Assembly (NCBI GenBank): GCA_965243025.1
Contig: CBDETY010000003.1
Location: forward strand, 5,152,001-5,216,000
Length of the DNA stretch: 64,000 nt
Reading direction: 5' to 3'
Source: Candidatus Latescibacterota bacterium
GTDB taxonomy: Bacteria > Latescibacterota > UBA2968 > UBA8231
Below are positions 1-10,813 of this stretch, one piece after another. Every line of letters begins with the position of its first letter. Within the stretch, counting starts at the first letter, position 1. The notes below the pieces were generated by a model. That model saw only the letters and a program-made list of their open reading frames with translations, was not told the DNA's origin and made no database searches. The position numbers and the translations under genes were made by a program.

Positions 1-51
1 GGATCGTCGCTGCTGACTTGCGGCCAAGCCAGGCGCGAGCAGTTACGGGGC

Positions 52-1386
52 TCAATACGGAAGAGGGATACCGGGTTCTTGCGGGGCCGGGGGAAGCCTT
101 CTCAACCAGACCCTTACCTGGGCGGCCCTCGGCAGGCGCTCGTCCTCCCGTGCAGCACCGCGCAGGCGTTCCAGAACCTCTTCCGCTGCCAAGTCGCGCA
201 GGTCGTCGAGGCTCCGGATACCCGCCCTGTGCAGGAGATTCCCCCAGCGCACCCCGATTCCCTGGTGGAGGTACAGTCCGGCGGTGCGCTTCAGGTCCGC
301 GACTCCCCTCTCGCCGAGGATGCCGGCAACCGCCTGCCATCGCCGGTCCGAACCGAAGCCCTCGAGCTGGGTCAGGTAGCGCACCCCGGCTTCCCGCAGG
401 GCAGCTCGGACCTCCGGTTCAAGGGCCTCGACCCTTTCGACGCGAGGGGTCAGCGAGGTAATGGTGCGCTTGTCCACCTCTATGAAGACGGCCGCGGAAA
501 ACAGAAGCGCGACCGCCGCCGCCAGGGGCAGGAAGAATGGCCGGTTGGCCCGGGGTTGCTGCCCTGAAAACTCCCCGAAAGCAGGGGCCAGCCGGCGCCA
601 GACGAGAAGACGGTAGAGGCAGGCGCACTCCACCGCGAAAGGGGGAAACCCGAGAAAGCCGGCCAGCGGCATTTCGAACAGCTTGAGCTCCTCGAAGAAC
701 GGCACCGTGTAGATCCACCTCGCCCGCGACCAGAAGTTGAAAAGCTCCCAGAATCCCCCGGCGATCAGGCCGGCCAGCAGCATCCGCAGGGTCGGTGCGA
801 ACTCCCCGGCTTCGAGCTGCCGGAGCAGGCCGTCGATGCCGCGCCGGTAGTTTACCGGGGCGACGGCGGCGATGGCGAAGATCCAGACCAGCGGAAAGCA
901 GTAACGCGGGAACCAGAACGCGAGCAGCAGGCAGACCGCCCCGGCGACCTGGAGCAGCTCCAGCCTCAGGGGTGTCATGGCCAGCGCCGGTCCCCGGATC
1001 GAGCGCGGAAAGCGGGTGCAGCCGAGCAGGTGTGCGGTAAAAAAGATGCCGGGAAACACCGTGGCGAAGGCGAGGAAGACTCCTGCCGCCCGGACCCAGC
1101 CGCGGTCGGTTACGAGCACGTAGTACCAGTTTTCCAGGCGGAAATTGACGAACTCGAAGAAGAACCAGGCCGCCGCCGACCAGAGCATCAGCAGACCGAA
1201 GCCGGGTCCGCACCGGGAGATCAGCGACCTTCCTTCGATCCTGCGCACCCACTGGTCGCAGGTGACGATCAGCCCGTACCAGGCGAACAGGTAGAAATGG
1301 CTGGCGACCGGCTCGACCTGCTTTGCCGCCAGCAGGAACGACAGGCTTACCGCTGCCGGTCCTGCGAGAAGGCGGGCGATTTCCAT
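52..1386 (-). CDS. Multi-pass membrane protein with C-terminal DUF4332-like (helix-hairpin-helix) domain
   Basis: Many hydrophobic helices (WFFFEFVN...W.Y, FWELFNFWS repeats); C-terminal GIGVRWGNLLHRAGIRSLDDL segment; ATG at 1386 preferred over TTG 1407. Confidence 0.6.
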   Translation of the reverse strand: MEIARLLAGPAAVSLSFLLAAKQVEPVASHFYLFAWYGLIVTCDQWVRRIEGRSLISRCGPGFGLLMLWSAAAWFFFEFVNFRLENWYYVLVTDRGWVRAAGVFLAFATVFPGIFFTAHLLGCTRFPRSIRGPALAMTPLRLELLQVAGAVCLLLAFWFPRYCFPLVWIFAIAAVAPVNYRRGIDGLLRQLEAGEFAPTLRMLLAGLIAGGFWELFNFWSRARWIYTVPFFEELKLFEMPLAGFLGFPPFAVECACLYRLLVWRRLAPAFGEFSGQQPRANRPFFLPLAAAVALLFSAAVFIEVDKRTITSLTPRVERVEALEPEVRAALREAGVRYLTQLEGFGSDRRWQAVAGILGERGVADLKRTAGLYLHQGIGVRWGNLLHRAGIRSLDDLRDLAAEEVLERLRGAAREDERLPRAAQVRVWLRRLPPAPQEPGIPLPY

Positions 1387-1467
1387 GGGGGGCACCTTGG
1401 GCGCCAACGGCCCGGAAGGCCGCTGCGGAGGTTTTTTGACTGGGTGTGTTCCATACCGGCCAAGCTG

Positions 1468-1502
1468 GTACGGCGAGCGAAGGCAACGCCGTGAGCCGGG
1501 AT
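1468..1502. repeat. Half copy of a dispersed palindromic (REP/MITE-like) repeat
   Basis: gtacggcgagcgaaggcaacgccgtgagccgggat matches 56791-56825 with one mismatch. Confidence 0.7.
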
Positions 1503-1687
1503 TGAGGGGAAAAATCGCACCGCATGAGGATTTCGTTAAACCGCGATCCTTCCCCTCAAATGGATCGGCGTCCCAATGTCGACATATTTTTGCGACGGGA
1601 CACTTGGGCTCCCGGAACGCCCCGCAAGGAGCCGGCGGCCCCGCGCCTACGCATGGCAGCGGTCGCTCCGGACCGCCGGGGAGCCGG

Positions 1688-1836
1688 TTGACAGGGCCGG
1701 GTGCCGCTTGCTACGTCTACCGCCGCCCCGGATTCGCAGGGGCGCCGGCCAAGGCTCCGGGCTCAGAAGCCCAGGGACGTTCCAAGAGGGAGATTCCCCC
1801 ACCCGCGCCAGGCGCCCCGTGGTGAATCGCTCCGGG
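1688..1836 (+). promoter_or_regulatory. TTGACA -35 element followed by a putative structured leader or ncRNA
   Basis: TTGACA at 1688; gattcgc/gtgaatc and ggggcgcc/ggcgcccc pair to close internal hairpins. Confidence 0.3.
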
Positions 1837-1906
1837 AAGCCAGACAGTCCCCCGCCCCGGGAAGAACTGATCCGGGCCATTTCAAGCATCCAACCTGCCA
1901 TTTCCA

Positions 1907-2683
1907 ATGCCCGTAATTGCCAGCAGTGAGAACCCTTTCGGCGGGGTCATCGTCGATCCCGCAGGTCTTCCCGCGCACCCGCCCCGGTTCGCGAGCGACC
2001 TGAGCGAGTCGCTCGATTCCTGGCGTTCCGAGTACCGCGTGGTCTGGCTGGAGATTCCGATTGCGCTGTCGCCGCTGATCCCGGTGGCGGTCGAGGCCGG
2101 GTTCGCCTTCCACCACAGCGGCGACGACTACCTGATGCTGACCCACCGTCTCGATCCGGGGGCTTTCATCCCGTCCTACGCCTCGCACTACATCGGCGCC
2201 GGCGGGGTGACCCTGAACAGCCGCCGTGAGCTGCTCGTGGTCAGCGAGAGGTATCACCGTTCGGACGGCAGGCCGCCGCGCTACAAGCTGCCGGGCGGGG
2301 CGCTGAAGGAGGGTGAGCATCTGGTCGAGGGGGTGATGCGGGAGGTGCAGGAGGAGACGGGGGTGGAGACGGAGTTCGACGCCCTGGTCTGCTTCCGCCA
2401 CTGGCACGGGTACCGCTACGGCAAGTCGGACATCTACTTCGTCTGCCGGCTGCACCCGGTCTCGGAGGAGATCTCGATCCAGGAGGAGGAGATCGCCGAG
2501 AGTCTGTGGATGCCGGTCGCCGACTATCTCGGTGACGGGAACGTCCACCCCTTCAACAAGCGGATCGTGCGCGCCGCCATGGAGAGCCCGGGCATCTCTC
2601 CGGCGGAAATCGAAGGGTACGGCGACCGCGACAGGTACGAGTTCTTCATGCCCGGGAATCCGGTAACACGCCTGCGTTCCTAG
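1907..2683 (+). CDS. Nudix hydrolase with N-terminal pre-Nudix domain (NUDT6/plant NUDT-like)
   Basis: Nudix box GGALKEGEHLVEGVMREVQEETG; VWLEIP..GFAFHH..YLML N-domain; KSDIYFVC. Confidence 0.85.
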   Translation: MPVIASSENPFGGVIVDPAGLPAHPPRFASDLSESLDSWRSEYRVVWLEIPIALSPLIPVAVEAGFAFHHSGDDYLMLTHRLDPGAFIPSYASHYIGAGGVTLNSRRELLVVSERYHRSDGRPPRYKLPGGALKEGEHLVEGVMREVQEETGVETEFDALVCFRHWHGYRYGKSDIYFVCRLHPVSEEISIQEEEIAESLWMPVADYLGDGNVHPFNKRIVRAAMESPGISPAEIEGYGDRDRYEFFMPGNPVTRLRS

Positions 2684-2792
2684 CCCCGGCTTTTTCGCAC
2701 CCGGAGCCGCCGCTCCATTTCCCCGGGGCCTGACCCTTCCTCCACCTCCGGCGGCCGCCATCCCCGGTTCCCCGCCGGTAACCCCGTCCACC

Positions 2793-3782
2793 CTAACGGA
2801 GGTCGAGCTTCTCCAGCACCTCCCGGTTGACCACCGACTTCGGGACCCGTCCCTGCAGGCAGTCGACGATCGCCCGGGCGGCGGCGGCGGACATCCGCTC
2901 CCGCGCCGTGACCGTGTTCGAGGCGGAGTGCGGCATGGCGACGACGCCTGGCATCTGCACGAGCCGCAGCGACGTACCCTCGGGCGGCTCGGTCGCCTGG
3001 CAGTCGAGGCCGGCGCCGGCGAGATGGCCCCCCTCCAGCGCGGCGATCAGGGCCTCCTCGTCCACCAGGCCTCCCCTCGCGGTATTGATGAGATAGCTCC
3101 CCTGCTTCATGGCGGCGAGGAAGCCGGCGTCGACGAGCCCGGCGTTCTCATCCGACATCGGCAGATGCAGGCTGACGGCGTCCGACTCGGCCAGCAGCTG
3201 CTCGCGGCCGGCGGGAATGGCCCCGAGCTCCCGCAGTTGCGCCGGCTCGACGAAGGGATCGTCGACGAGGACTCGCATCCCGAAGCCGAGGGCGCGGCGC
3301 ACCACCTCGGCGCCGATGCGGCCGCAGCCGACCAGCCCGAGGGTCATCGCGCACAGGTCCTCGGAGAGGGCGACCTGGTAGCCGCCGGACTTCACCGTCC
3401 GGTCGCCCGGGACGATGTGGCGCACCGCGGACAGCAGCAGGGCCATGGCGTGATCGGCCACCGCGTCCGCCATGGCCCCCGGGGTGTTGGCGACCACGAT
3501 TCCCCGCTCGGTGCAGAGGCCGAGGTCGACGCGGTCGTAGCCGACTCCGTTGCGGGCGATCACCCTGAGATCGCCGGCCAGCTCCATCGTGTGCGGGGTG
3601 AAGTACTCCCCCCCGGCGAGGATGCCGGCGAACCCGGCCAGCTTTTCCCGGGTCTCCTCGTTCGGCCAGGGGGGGCTCCCCTGCCGGTAGACGAACTCGA
3701 ACCCCGCTTCCTCGACGAGGCGGCGGGCCGGTTCGCGGCCGCGGAATTCGATGGCGCAGGTGCCCAGAACGCGGTCGCTCAT
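2793..3782 (-). CDS. D-isomer-specific 2-hydroxyacid dehydrogenase (phosphoglycerate dehydrogenase-like)
   Basis: ARNGVGYDRVD, GCGRIG, INTARGGLVDE, MPHSAS; start MSDRVL overlaps the upstream gene stop. Confidence 0.88.
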   Translation of the reverse strand: MSDRVLGTCAIEFRGREPARRLVEEAGFEFVYRQGSPPWPNEETREKLAGFAGILAGGEYFTPHTMELAGDLRVIARNGVGYDRVDLGLCTERGIVVANTPGAMADAVADHAMALLLSAVRHIVPGDRTVKSGGYQVALSEDLCAMTLGLVGCGRIGAEVVRRALGFGMRVLVDDPFVEPAQLRELGAIPAGREQLLAESDAVSLHLPMSDENAGLVDAGFLAAMKQGSYLINTARGGLVDEEALIAALEGGHLAGAGLDCQATEPPEGTSLRLVQMPGVVAMPHSASNTVTARERMSAAAARAIVDCLQGRVPKSVVNREVLEKLDLR

Positions 3783-4780
3783 GTCCCTTCTCCGAAGCGG
3801 GTGTGCAGGTAGCGGGAGAACGGCGTCTCGACGCCGAGCTCGGCGGCGATCTCCTCGAGGCGGTCCCGGGTCTCGTCGCCGACCGGGATGCCCTCCCCGG
3901 CGTACTCCCGTTCCCGCCTCCACTCGAGCCCCCCCGGCAGCTCGGCGCGGTCGCACCCGGGGAGCGGATCGAGGGCGCTCGCCTGGGCGATCCAGCGGTC
4001 CATCTCCGCCCTGTATTCGTCGAGGTCCATGAAGCTCTCGACCGAGAAGGCGGCGATGAAGGAGCCCTGGTTCGATTCCCACCGGGAAGCGGGCGGGATG
4101 AATTCGGGGTTGTAGATCCCCGCCAGCACCCCCCCGAGCGCGTAGGCGGAGGCGGAGATCCCGATCTCCTTGAAGAAGGCGAAGGGCATGCGCTCGAAGA
4201 GATCGTCGTCGTAGGGCAGGAACGAGGAGCCCATGTCGAGCACCACCGGCGGCTGCTCGCCGGCCGGCAGGGCGATGCTGATCGGGGAGGAACCCTTGAC
4301 GCCGAGGATGTTGCCGGCCCTGGGGTTGAAGCGGTGGGAGGATACGGAGATCCCGATGCAGTCGCGGGCCGCGGCCATGCGCGAGTACTTGCCGGCCCCA
4401 CCGAAGTGGAAGTGGTTGCGCGTGGTGACCGCGGCGGCCCCGTGCTCGAGGGCGCGCCCGACCGCCCACTCCGCCCCCTGCCTGCAGGGCAGGTGTCCCA
4501 TGCCGCCGTCGCCGTCGAGGGTCTGCGCCGTGGTCGACTCCCGGACCACCTTGATGTCGGGGGCGGGGTTGACCTTGCCGTCGAGGATCATGCGGCAGTA
4601 CCCGGCGGTCTGCCAGGTGCCGTGGCTGACGACCCCGCGCAGGTCGGTGACGACCAGCAGCCCGGCCATGGTGGCGGCGTGCTCCGCGTTCATGCCGACG
4701 CGCTCGAACAGCGCTTGCACGAGCCGGCGCATGTCGTCGGCGGGCACGCGGATGCCGCTTTTCGGTGGGACGTTACCCAT
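3779..4780 (-). CDS. Ldh_2 family (malate/L-lactate dehydrogenase-like) oxidoreductase
   Basis: DLRGVVSHG, LDGDGGMGH, HFHFGGAGKY, VVLDM, LPGGLE motifs. Confidence 0.85.
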   Translation of the reverse strand: MGNVPPKSGIRVPADDMRRLVQALFERVGMNAEHAATMAGLLVVTDLRGVVSHGTWQTAGYCRMILDGKVNPAPDIKVVRESTTAQTLDGDGGMGHLPCRQGAEWAVGRALEHGAAAVTTRNHFHFGGAGKYSRMAAARDCIGISVSSHRFNPRAGNILGVKGSSPISIALPAGEQPPVVLDMGSSFLPYDDDLFERMPFAFFKEIGISASAYALGGVLAGIYNPEFIPPASRWESNQGSFIAAFSVESFMDLDEYRAEMDRWIAQASALDPLPGCDRAELPGGLEWRREREYAGEGIPVGDETRDRLEEIAAELGVETPFSRYLHTRFGEGT

Positions 4781-4920
4781 TGGACAAACCTTCCTCGTTT
4801 GCTGAAACAGGACACTGTGAGTGCGAAGCTCTATACTTGAAACGGCGGATGAAATAAGGAAATCCACAGACCGGCGAAAGACTCCGGAAGCGCGGAAATC
4901 GAGGAACAAGCACTGACAGC

Positions 4921-5862
4921 ATGGACGATGAGTTGAGAGTCTTCGCCGGCCGCTCCAATCCCGCCCTGGCGGATGAAATCTGCCGCTGCCTCGGGATTGG
5001 CCGCAGCAGTCTGACGGTTTCCCGCTTCTCGAACGACAACCTCTCGGTGCAGATCGACGAGAACGTGCGGGAACGGGACGTCTTCATGGTGCAGGCCTTC
5101 ACCGAACCTGCGAGCGACCATATCGTCGAACTGCTGATAACCCTCGACGCTTTGCGCAGCGCCTCGGCGCGCCGCATCACCGCGGTGATCCCCTATTACT
5201 CGTACGCGCGGTCGGACAAAAAGGACGCGCCCCGCATCTCCATCGCCGGGCGGCTGATGGCCGATCTGTTGGAAACCGCCGGCGCCGACCGGGTGCTGAC
5301 CATGGATCTGCACGCCGAGCAGGTGCACGGTTTTTTCGGCATCCCCGTCGATCACCTGACGGCGATACCGATCGTGGCCGACCACATCGGGAAAACCTGC
5401 GACCTGGCGAATGCGGTGGTGGTAGCGACCGACGCCGGAGGGGCCCGGCGGGCCGGCAAGTTCGCTTCCCGGCTGGGTCTGCCGCTGGCGATCATCGACA
5501 AGCGCCGGGTCAGCGACACCAGGGTCAGCCAGGGCCACGTGGTGGGCGAGGTAGAGGGCAGGGACGCCGTCGTCTTCGAGGACGAGATCGCCACGGGCGG
5601 CACCTTCGTCGAGACGGCGCGCACCCTGGAAAACGCAGGCGCCCGGCGGGTATTCGCCGGCGCCACCCACGGCGTGCTGGTCGGCAACGCCATCGACAAC
5701 CTGCGCGCCTCGCGGATCGAGACCGTCACCGTCACCAATACCGTGGCGGTGCCCGACGAAATGGGGCTCGACAAGATGACGGTTTTATCGGTGGCGCCGC
5801 TGATGGCCGAAGCGGTCCGGCGAATCCACACCGGCGAAAGCATCGGGGCCCTGTTTGCCTGA
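4921..5862 (+). CDS. prs: Ribose-phosphate pyrophosphokinase
   Basis: AVIPYYSYARSDKK, LTMDLH, DAGG, IDKRR, EDEIATGGT, ATHGV. Confidence 0.93.
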   Translation: MDDELRVFAGRSNPALADEICRCLGIGRSSLTVSRFSNDNLSVQIDENVRERDVFMVQAFTEPASDHIVELLITLDALRSASARRITAVIPYYSYARSDKKDAPRISIAGRLMADLLETAGADRVLTMDLHAEQVHGFFGIPVDHLTAIPIVADHIGKTCDLANAVVVATDAGGARRAGKFASRLGLPLAIIDKRRVSDTRVSQGHVVGEVEGRDAVVFEDEIATGGTFVETARTLENAGARRVFAGATHGVLVGNAIDNLRASRIETVTVTNTVAVPDEMGLDKMTVLSVAPLMAEAVRRIHTGESIGALFA

Positions 5863-5937
5863 CGGCGGACAGGGCATCCCGGGAAACCAGCATGGGCGAA
5901 GGCATCGAGTTGCTAACCGGAAACGGGTAATGCAGAA

Positions 5938-7173
5938 ATGAAATACGACCTGCTGCTCGGCGGAGCCACGGTGATCGATCCCTCCCAGGGGATCGACGCG
6001 GTCAGGGACGTCGCCGTCAGGGACGGTCTCATTGCCGCGGTCTCGGAGGGGATCGATCCCGCCGAAGCCCGCGAGCGGATCGACCTGTCAGGGCGCATCC
6101 TCACCCCCGGGTGGATCGACATCCACGCCCACGTGTACGCCGGGGCGACCACCTGGGGCATCAAGGCGGACGCCCACTGCCTCGCCACCGGGGTCACCAC
6201 CATCGTCGACGCCGGCAGCCCCGGTTGGGCCAACTTCATCGGCTTCAAGGAGTTCGTCGCCGACCCGGCGCGCACCCGGACGCTGGCGTTCGTGCACATC
6301 TCCGGGATCGGTCTCACCTACGGCCCGGTCGGGGAGATGGAAGACCTGCGCTACGGGGACCCGGAGCGCACCGCCTGCGTGATCCGCAACTGGCGGGAGA
6401 TCTGCGTCGGGGTGAAGGTCCGCCAGGCCCGCTTCCAGGTGGGGGACAACGGCGTCGAGCCGCTGCGGCTCGCCACGGAGGCGGGCGCCATGGCCGGGGT
6501 GCCGGTCATGGTCCACATCGGCTCCGGGGTGCCGCTTCCGGAGGTGCTCGCCGGAATGCGCGGCGGCGACATCGTCACCCACTGCTACCAGGGCCACGGC
6601 GATCTCGTGATCGGTGAGGACGACCGCGTCCTCGACGCCGTCTGGGAGGCGCGCGACCGCGGCGTGCTGTTCGACGTCGGCCACGGCGGCGGCAGCTTCA
6701 ACTTCGGCGTTGCCCGGGCTTCGCTGGCCGAGGGCTTCCTCGCCGACGTCATCAGCACCGACATCCACGCCCACAGCATCGAGCGCACCGTGAACAGCCT
6801 CGCCGACGCCGGGTCGAAGCTGATGAGCCTCGGAGTGGGGCTGCGGGAGGTGATCGCTCGCACCACCACCCGGGCGGCCGCCGCCATCGGCCGCCAAGAC
6901 CTGGGGACGCTGAGGCCCGGCACCGTCGCCGACCTCGCGGCCTTCGAAATCACCGAGGGGGAGTACGATTTCCTGGACTGCCACAGGGAGCGGAACAGCG
7001 GTTCGCGGAAAATCGAACCGGTTCTGACGGTGCGGGAAGGAATCCCCTACCGTCCTGACGACCTGCGGGAGGAGGTGGCCGAGACGCTGCGCCGCGCCGA
7101 CGAGATGAGCGCCCTGACGGGGAAGAACTTCGCCCGCTTCGGGTGGTCTCCCCCCGAGGCCGCCGCCGGCTAG
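5938..7173 (+). CDS. Amidohydrolase/deacetylase family metallohydrolase (dihydroorotase-like)
   Basis: PGWIDIHAH, GVTTIVDAGS, VGVKVR, THCY, FDVGHGGGSF, ISTDIH. Confidence 0.85.
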   Translation: MKYDLLLGGATVIDPSQGIDAVRDVAVRDGLIAAVSEGIDPAEARERIDLSGRILTPGWIDIHAHVYAGATTWGIKADAHCLATGVTTIVDAGSPGWANFIGFKEFVADPARTRTLAFVHISGIGLTYGPVGEMEDLRYGDPERTACVIRNWREICVGVKVRQARFQVGDNGVEPLRLATEAGAMAGVPVMVHIGSGVPLPEVLAGMRGGDIVTHCYQGHGDLVIGEDDRVLDAVWEARDRGVLFDVGHGGGSFNFGVARASLAEGFLADVISTDIHAHSIERTVNSLADAGSKLMSLGVGLREVIARTTTRAAAAIGRQDLGTLRPGTVADLAAFEITEGEYDFLDCHRERNSGSRKIEPVLTVREGIPYRPDDLREEVAETLRRADEMSALTGKNFARFGWSPPEAAAG

Positions 7174-7218
7174 CGCGCATGGCCGTTCCTCCGACAACCA
7201 AGTCCGCAAGAGGATGAG

Positions 7219-8277
<1,059 letters not shown>

Positions 8278-8292
8278 CCGGCGGAACGCCCC

Positions 8293-10647
8293 TCAGTCCG
8301 TCCTGCTCCAGAAACCTCCGGCAGCCTGCCTGATGCGGTCGGCCCCGCGGGTGCGGTCCGGGCGGTTCCAGTGGGCGGGGAACAGCTCGCGGTACTGCTC
8401 CTGGGAGAAGCGGCGGTCGACGAGCAGGATCAGCCCGCGGTCGGCCTCGCCGCGGATGACGCGGCCGGCGGCCTGCAGCACCCGGTTCATCCCCGGGTAG
8501 GTGTAGGCGTAGGCGAACCCCGGCAGGTTGCGCTCGTCGAAGTAGCCGCGGATCAGGTCGCGCTCCAGGCAGATCCGGGGCAGGCCGACGCCGACGATGA
8601 CGGCCCCCACCAGCCGCTCCCCCACCAGGTCGATCCCCTCGCCGAAGATGCCCCCCATCACCGCGAAGCCGACGACGGTCTCGCGGTTGTCGCTGTCGAA
8701 CACGGCGAGGAACTGCTCGCGCTCCGCTTCGCTCATGCCGCGCCGCTGCACCAGGGTGCGGATGCCGGGGCCGCCGGGAAAGCGGCCGTACACCTCTTCG
8801 AGATACTTGTAGGACGGGAAGTAGGCGATGTAGTTGCCGCGGCGCTGCATGGCCGCGGCGGCGATCGACTCGGCGACGTCTCCGTAGGAAGAGCCGCGGC
8901 CGCGCCAGGTGGTGTCGATGTGATCGGCGAGGAGGAGCGCGAGGTGCTCCCGCGGAAACGGCGAGGGCAGGGACAGGGTGAAGTCGTGGCGGTCCCCGCC
9001 GAGCAGGTCGCGGAAGTAGTCGAGGGGGGTCAGGGTCGCCGAGAAGAAGGCGGCGGACCTGCCGCGCTTGAGGGCGGCGCGGATCTGCGCCGAGGGGTCG
9101 ATGCAGTAGAGGCGCAGGCTGAGGTCGCGCCCCGAAAGCTCCGCGCAGGTGACGTAGCGCTCGTCGAAGAGCTCGGCGACGCGCAGGAAGCCGGCCGCGG
9201 TGAAGTAGCAGTCGAGGAGGTCGCCGCCGTAGGGAGCAGCCCGGCTGCGGGCGAGAAGGGGCTCGGCGATGGCGTTGAAGCGCTCCAGCAGGTACGGCAG
9301 GTCCTCCGGTTTTTCCCGGTCGAGCCAGTTCTCGCCGTCCCCCTCCTGCTCGCAGCGCTCGGCGACGCCGCGCAGGCAGGAGTCGATATCCGCCAGCGCT
9401 TTGGCCAGGTGGGGGTGATCCCCTCCCAGGGTCCTCTTCAAGCGGCGGAATTCCGACCGCTTCAGCTCGGCGGAGTACATGTCGCGGGCGCGCTCGACCA
9501 GGTTGTGGGCCTCGTCGACCAGGAAGAGGTACTTGCCCCGGGTGTCGAGGAAGTAGCGGCGCAGGTAGGCCTTGGGATCGAAGACGTAGTTGTAGTCGCA
9601 GATGATCGCGTCGGCCCACAGCGAGAGGTCGAGCGACAGCTCGAACGGGCAGACGGTGTGCCGCCGCGCCACCTCCTCGATCGCGGTGCGCGTTGCGGCT
9701 CCCAGCGAAAGGGCCTCGTCGACGGCGTCGTTGACGCGGTCGTAGTAGCCGAGGGCGTACTGGCAGGTCTCCTGGTCGCAGGGGCGTCCGCCCCTGGCAT
9801 TGAAGCAGATGCGGTCGCGGGCGGTCAGGGTCACGCTCTTGAACTCGAGGCCGGCCCCCCGCAGGTCGGCGAACGCCTTTTCGGCGACGGCGCGGCCGCT
9901 CGTCTTGGCCGTGAGGTAGAAGATCTTTTCGACGCGCCCCTCGCCGACCGCCTGGACCGCGGGGAACAGCACCGAGATGGTCTTGCCGATCCCGGTCGGC
10001 GCCTCGGCGTAGAGCCTGCCCCGGGCGGCGACGGTGTCGGCGACGCAGGCGGACAGCTCCTCCTGCCCCGGGCGGAAGCTCGGGAAGGGGAAGCGAAGCC
10101 CCTCGATCGAGCGGTCCCGCTTCCAGCAGTGCTCGCGGTAGGCGCGCTCGCGGCGGAGATAGCGGGTGACGACCTCCTCGAAGAAACCGGCGAGCTCCCC
10201 GATCTCGAAGGTGCGGCGGTCTTCGCGGATTTCGCTGGAGCCCAGCTGCAGGTAGGTAAGCTGAACGTCGACCTCGGAAACCCCGTGCTGAACTCCGAGG
10301 ATGTAGCCGTAGATCCTGGCCTGGGCCCAGTGCAGGGGGTCGTCGCCGCGTCCGGCATCGAAGGGGCCGTAGGTCGTCTTGATCTCTTCGACCAGGAGCC
10401 CGTCCCCGTCGAGGAGCACCCCGTCGGCGCGGCCGCTGATCTCGAGAGAGACCGGATCTGCTTCGTAGCGGAATGAGACGGCGACCTCGCTCTCGTAGCC
10501 GTCGGGGCGCAGCCCCTGCACGTACTGGTGGCCGCGCGTTCCCTCGACGGCGCGCTTCGCGGTGACGAACGGCGACCCGAGGTCCCCGGAGCGGAGAGCG
10601 AAGCCGATGAGGTCGCGGACGGAAACTTGAACGAGAACGGGTTGCAT
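8293..10647 (-). CDS. DinG/Rad3 family Fe-S helicase with N-terminal PD-(D/E)XK nuclease-like domain
   Basis: GRADG..EEIKT; EAPTGIGKT; four Cys of the Fe-S domain; DEAH; SATL; QAAGRVIR. Confidence 0.9.
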   Translation of the reverse strand: MQPVLVQVSVRDLIGFALRSGDLGSPFVTAKRAVEGTRGHQYVQGLRPDGYESEVAVSFRYEADPVSLEISGRADGVLLDGDGLLVEEIKTTYGPFDAGRGDDPLHWAQARIYGYILGVQHGVSEVDVQLTYLQLGSSEIREDRRTFEIGELAGFFEEVVTRYLRRERAYREHCWKRDRSIEGLRFPFPSFRPGQEELSACVADTVAARGRLYAEAPTGIGKTISVLFPAVQAVGEGRVEKIFYLTAKTSGRAVAEKAFADLRGAGLEFKSVTLTARDRICFNARGGRPCDQETCQYALGYYDRVNDAVDEALSLGAATRTAIEEVARRHTVCPFELSLDLSLWADAIICDYNYVFDPKAYLRRYFLDTRGKYLFLVDEAHNLVERARDMYSAELKRSEFRRLKRTLGGDHPHLAKALADIDSCLRGVAERCEQEGDGENWLDREKPEDLPYLLERFNAIAEPLLARSRAAPYGGDLLDCYFTAAGFLRVAELFDERYVTCAELSGRDLSLRLYCIDPSAQIRAALKRGRSAAFFSATLTPLDYFRDLLGGDRHDFTLSLPSPFPREHLALLLADHIDTTWRGRGSSYGDVAESIAAAAMQRRGNYIAYFPSYKYLEEVYGRFPGGPGIRTLVQRRGMSEAEREQFLAVFDSDNRETVVGFAVMGGIFGEGIDLVGERLVGAVIVGVGLPRICLERDLIRGYFDERNLPGFAYAYTYPGMNRVLQAAGRVIRGEADRGLILLVDRRFSQEQYRELFPAHWNRPDRTRGADRIRQAAGGFWSRTD

Positions 10648-10813
10648 GAGGTAGCCGGTGATGGACCACCGGAATATAATTAGCCTTACCCCTCGCGGAC
10701 GGTTCTGCCCCGGCTTCCATGCGGTTGCCGGCGGCCCGGCGGGGCCGGCAGGCCGTTCGCGGTGCCGCGCCGATTGCGGCTAAAACCCACCTTTTCAGGT
10801 CGAAGCGAAGCCA

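Noticed and set aside
8293-10647. Cas4/CasDinG CRISPR component
   Set aside because: Matches the common stand-alone nuclease-DinG fusion among housekeeping genes; no cas operon
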